Assembly: GCF_001194135.2 (NCBI RefSeq)
Contig: NC_068985.1
Span: 126,288,448-126,322,527 of the forward strand
Source: Octopus bimaculoides
Taxonomy: Eukaryota
Length of the DNA stretch: 34,080 bases
Reading direction: 5' to 3'
Below are positions 32,820 through 34,080 of this stretch, in pieces. Within the stretch, counting starts at the first letter, position 1. Every line of letters begins with the position of its first letter. The translations under genes and the position numbers were made by a program. The notes beneath the pieces were generated by a model. That model ran no database searches and was not told the DNA's origin. It saw nothing but the letters and a program-made list of their open reading frames with translations.

Positions 32820-33252
32820 GTATGTAGTCGAAAGGAGCTGAAGACCGATAGTTTCCCCTTTAACCAAGCCCTCATCAATTTTGTTCAAGTTTCACTTGAA
32901 AAGAAAAGTTAGGGTGGAGAAGAAAGAGCTACCTTCCAACAATTTTGTTAAAAGATAGATGAACGTTGCATAAATGGCCCGAGTGAACGACGGGCCTGCT
33001 CAAAGCATGCACTTGTAGATTGAAGAAGGACGATGTGAGGGAGCACTTGCCCCCAGGGATCAGGGTGACTGTCGTTTGGGGTGGTCTCCACGAATAGCCA
33101 GAGGTAGTTTCACTCTTTTGAGGAATTATCCATTGTTATCATTTCATTTTGTTAGTGCTTTTACCGTTTGCACCCCCTTTATCTAACCCCACATTGTATT
33201 GTCCTGTACCGTCCCTAATGCTTTTTGTAAACCCTTAGTGGTTAATAAAGAA
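32820..33252 (+). mobile_element. L1/Tx1 3' end, short 5'-truncated copy related to 5570-6908
   Basis: Shared ctcatcaa..tgttcaagtttcacttg.a.aagaaa and gcccgagt. Ends tgtaaacccttagtggttaataaagaa, then (CAT)n. Confidence 0.75.
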
Positions 33253-33316
33253 AACATCATCATCATCATCATCATCATAATCATTATTAGTAATAATAAT
33301 ATTATTATTATTGCCT

Positions 33317-33560
33317 AGCGAGATCGTGGTTTCAGTTCCAAGACCGGGTTCTGCATTGTGTTCTTGAGCAAAACACTTCATCTCACGTTGCTCTGCGATC
33401 ATCTTGACACCTGACACTGGCACCTGTTCAGGCAACATCGATTTGGTGAACGGAGTGAGCTAATGTACAGAACATGTATTTGTTCACTATAAGCAAATCA
33501 TTTGTGCAGGTCTTCGACGGGAGAGTCCAACATCATCATCATCATCATCATCATCATTAT
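33317..33560 (+). mobile_element. tRNA-derived SINE with (CAT)n tail
   Basis: gagatcgtggtttcagttcc..gaccggg..tgtgttcttgagcaaaacacttcatc head shared with 32625-32752, then a different body. Confidence 0.7.
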
Positions 33561-33597
33561 TATTATTATTATTATTATCATTATTATTATTATTGAT

Positions 33598-33809
33598 AAG
33601 GTGACGGGCTGGCAGAATTTTCGCACGCCGGGCAGAAGGTGAACGGCATTTCGTCCGTCTTTACGTTCTAAGTTCAAATTCCGCCGAGGTCGAGTTTGCC
33701 TTTTATCCTTTCGGGACCGATAAAATAAGTGCCAGTCCAGCCCTGGGGTCGATGTAATCGACTTGTCCCCCTGTCCCAAACTTGCTGGTCTTGTGCCAAA
33801 ATTTGAAAC

Positions 33810-33840
<31 letters not shown>
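33598..33840 (+). mobile_element. tRNA-derived SINE, family 1, full length with (ATT)n tail
   Basis: Head, core and tail all present. Confidence 0.88.
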
Positions 33841-33841
<1 letters not shown>

Positions 33842-34080
33842 GTCAAAACGAAGAGCGCGATTTTAGATGTTTTATTTTTTGAACAACATTTCGACAGAAC
33901 GTCTGTCTTTCTCAAGTTCAAACCAAAAGGTGATTGAAAATTCAAAATTTCAGAAACCAAACGTAGACTATGAACGTGAGTAATCAGCGTCCATACGTTG
34001 ATAGAATGACATCATCAGCTTTTGTCAGTTTTTTAATAAGCAGAAAGAAAGAAAGAAAAAGGAAGACGACAAAGTTACTG

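Overview
AT-rich, repeat-dense animal genomic DNA with six N gaps, mostly flanked by (TA)n. The SINE families and microsatellite load suggest a coleoid cephalopod, probably Octopus (inference from recalled repeat sequences, not a database search). Four minus-strand exons (26638-26539, 20437-20306, 18411-18338, 5494-5352) have canonical AG/GT sites and compatible phases. They splice into about 150 aa of an LBP/BPI-family N-terminal domain; the first exon and the downstream exons were not found. The rest is decayed mobile DNA: L1/Tx1, RTE, R4/Dong-like, CR1-like and Penelope-like retroelements, a Helitron derivative, a full-length mariner with intact TIRs, and many tRNA-derived SINEs. Most unusual are (i) a 1277-bp TSD-flanked retroposon encoding only a Gag-like ORF1 and ending in the same 3' motif as neighbouring L1/Tx1 copies, (ii) a 535-bp intronic foldback whose four transition mismatches all form A-C pairs in the pre-mRNA, and (iii) a variant minimal hammerhead ribozyme in a Penelope pseudo-LTR. 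Coordinates of decayed elements are approximate.
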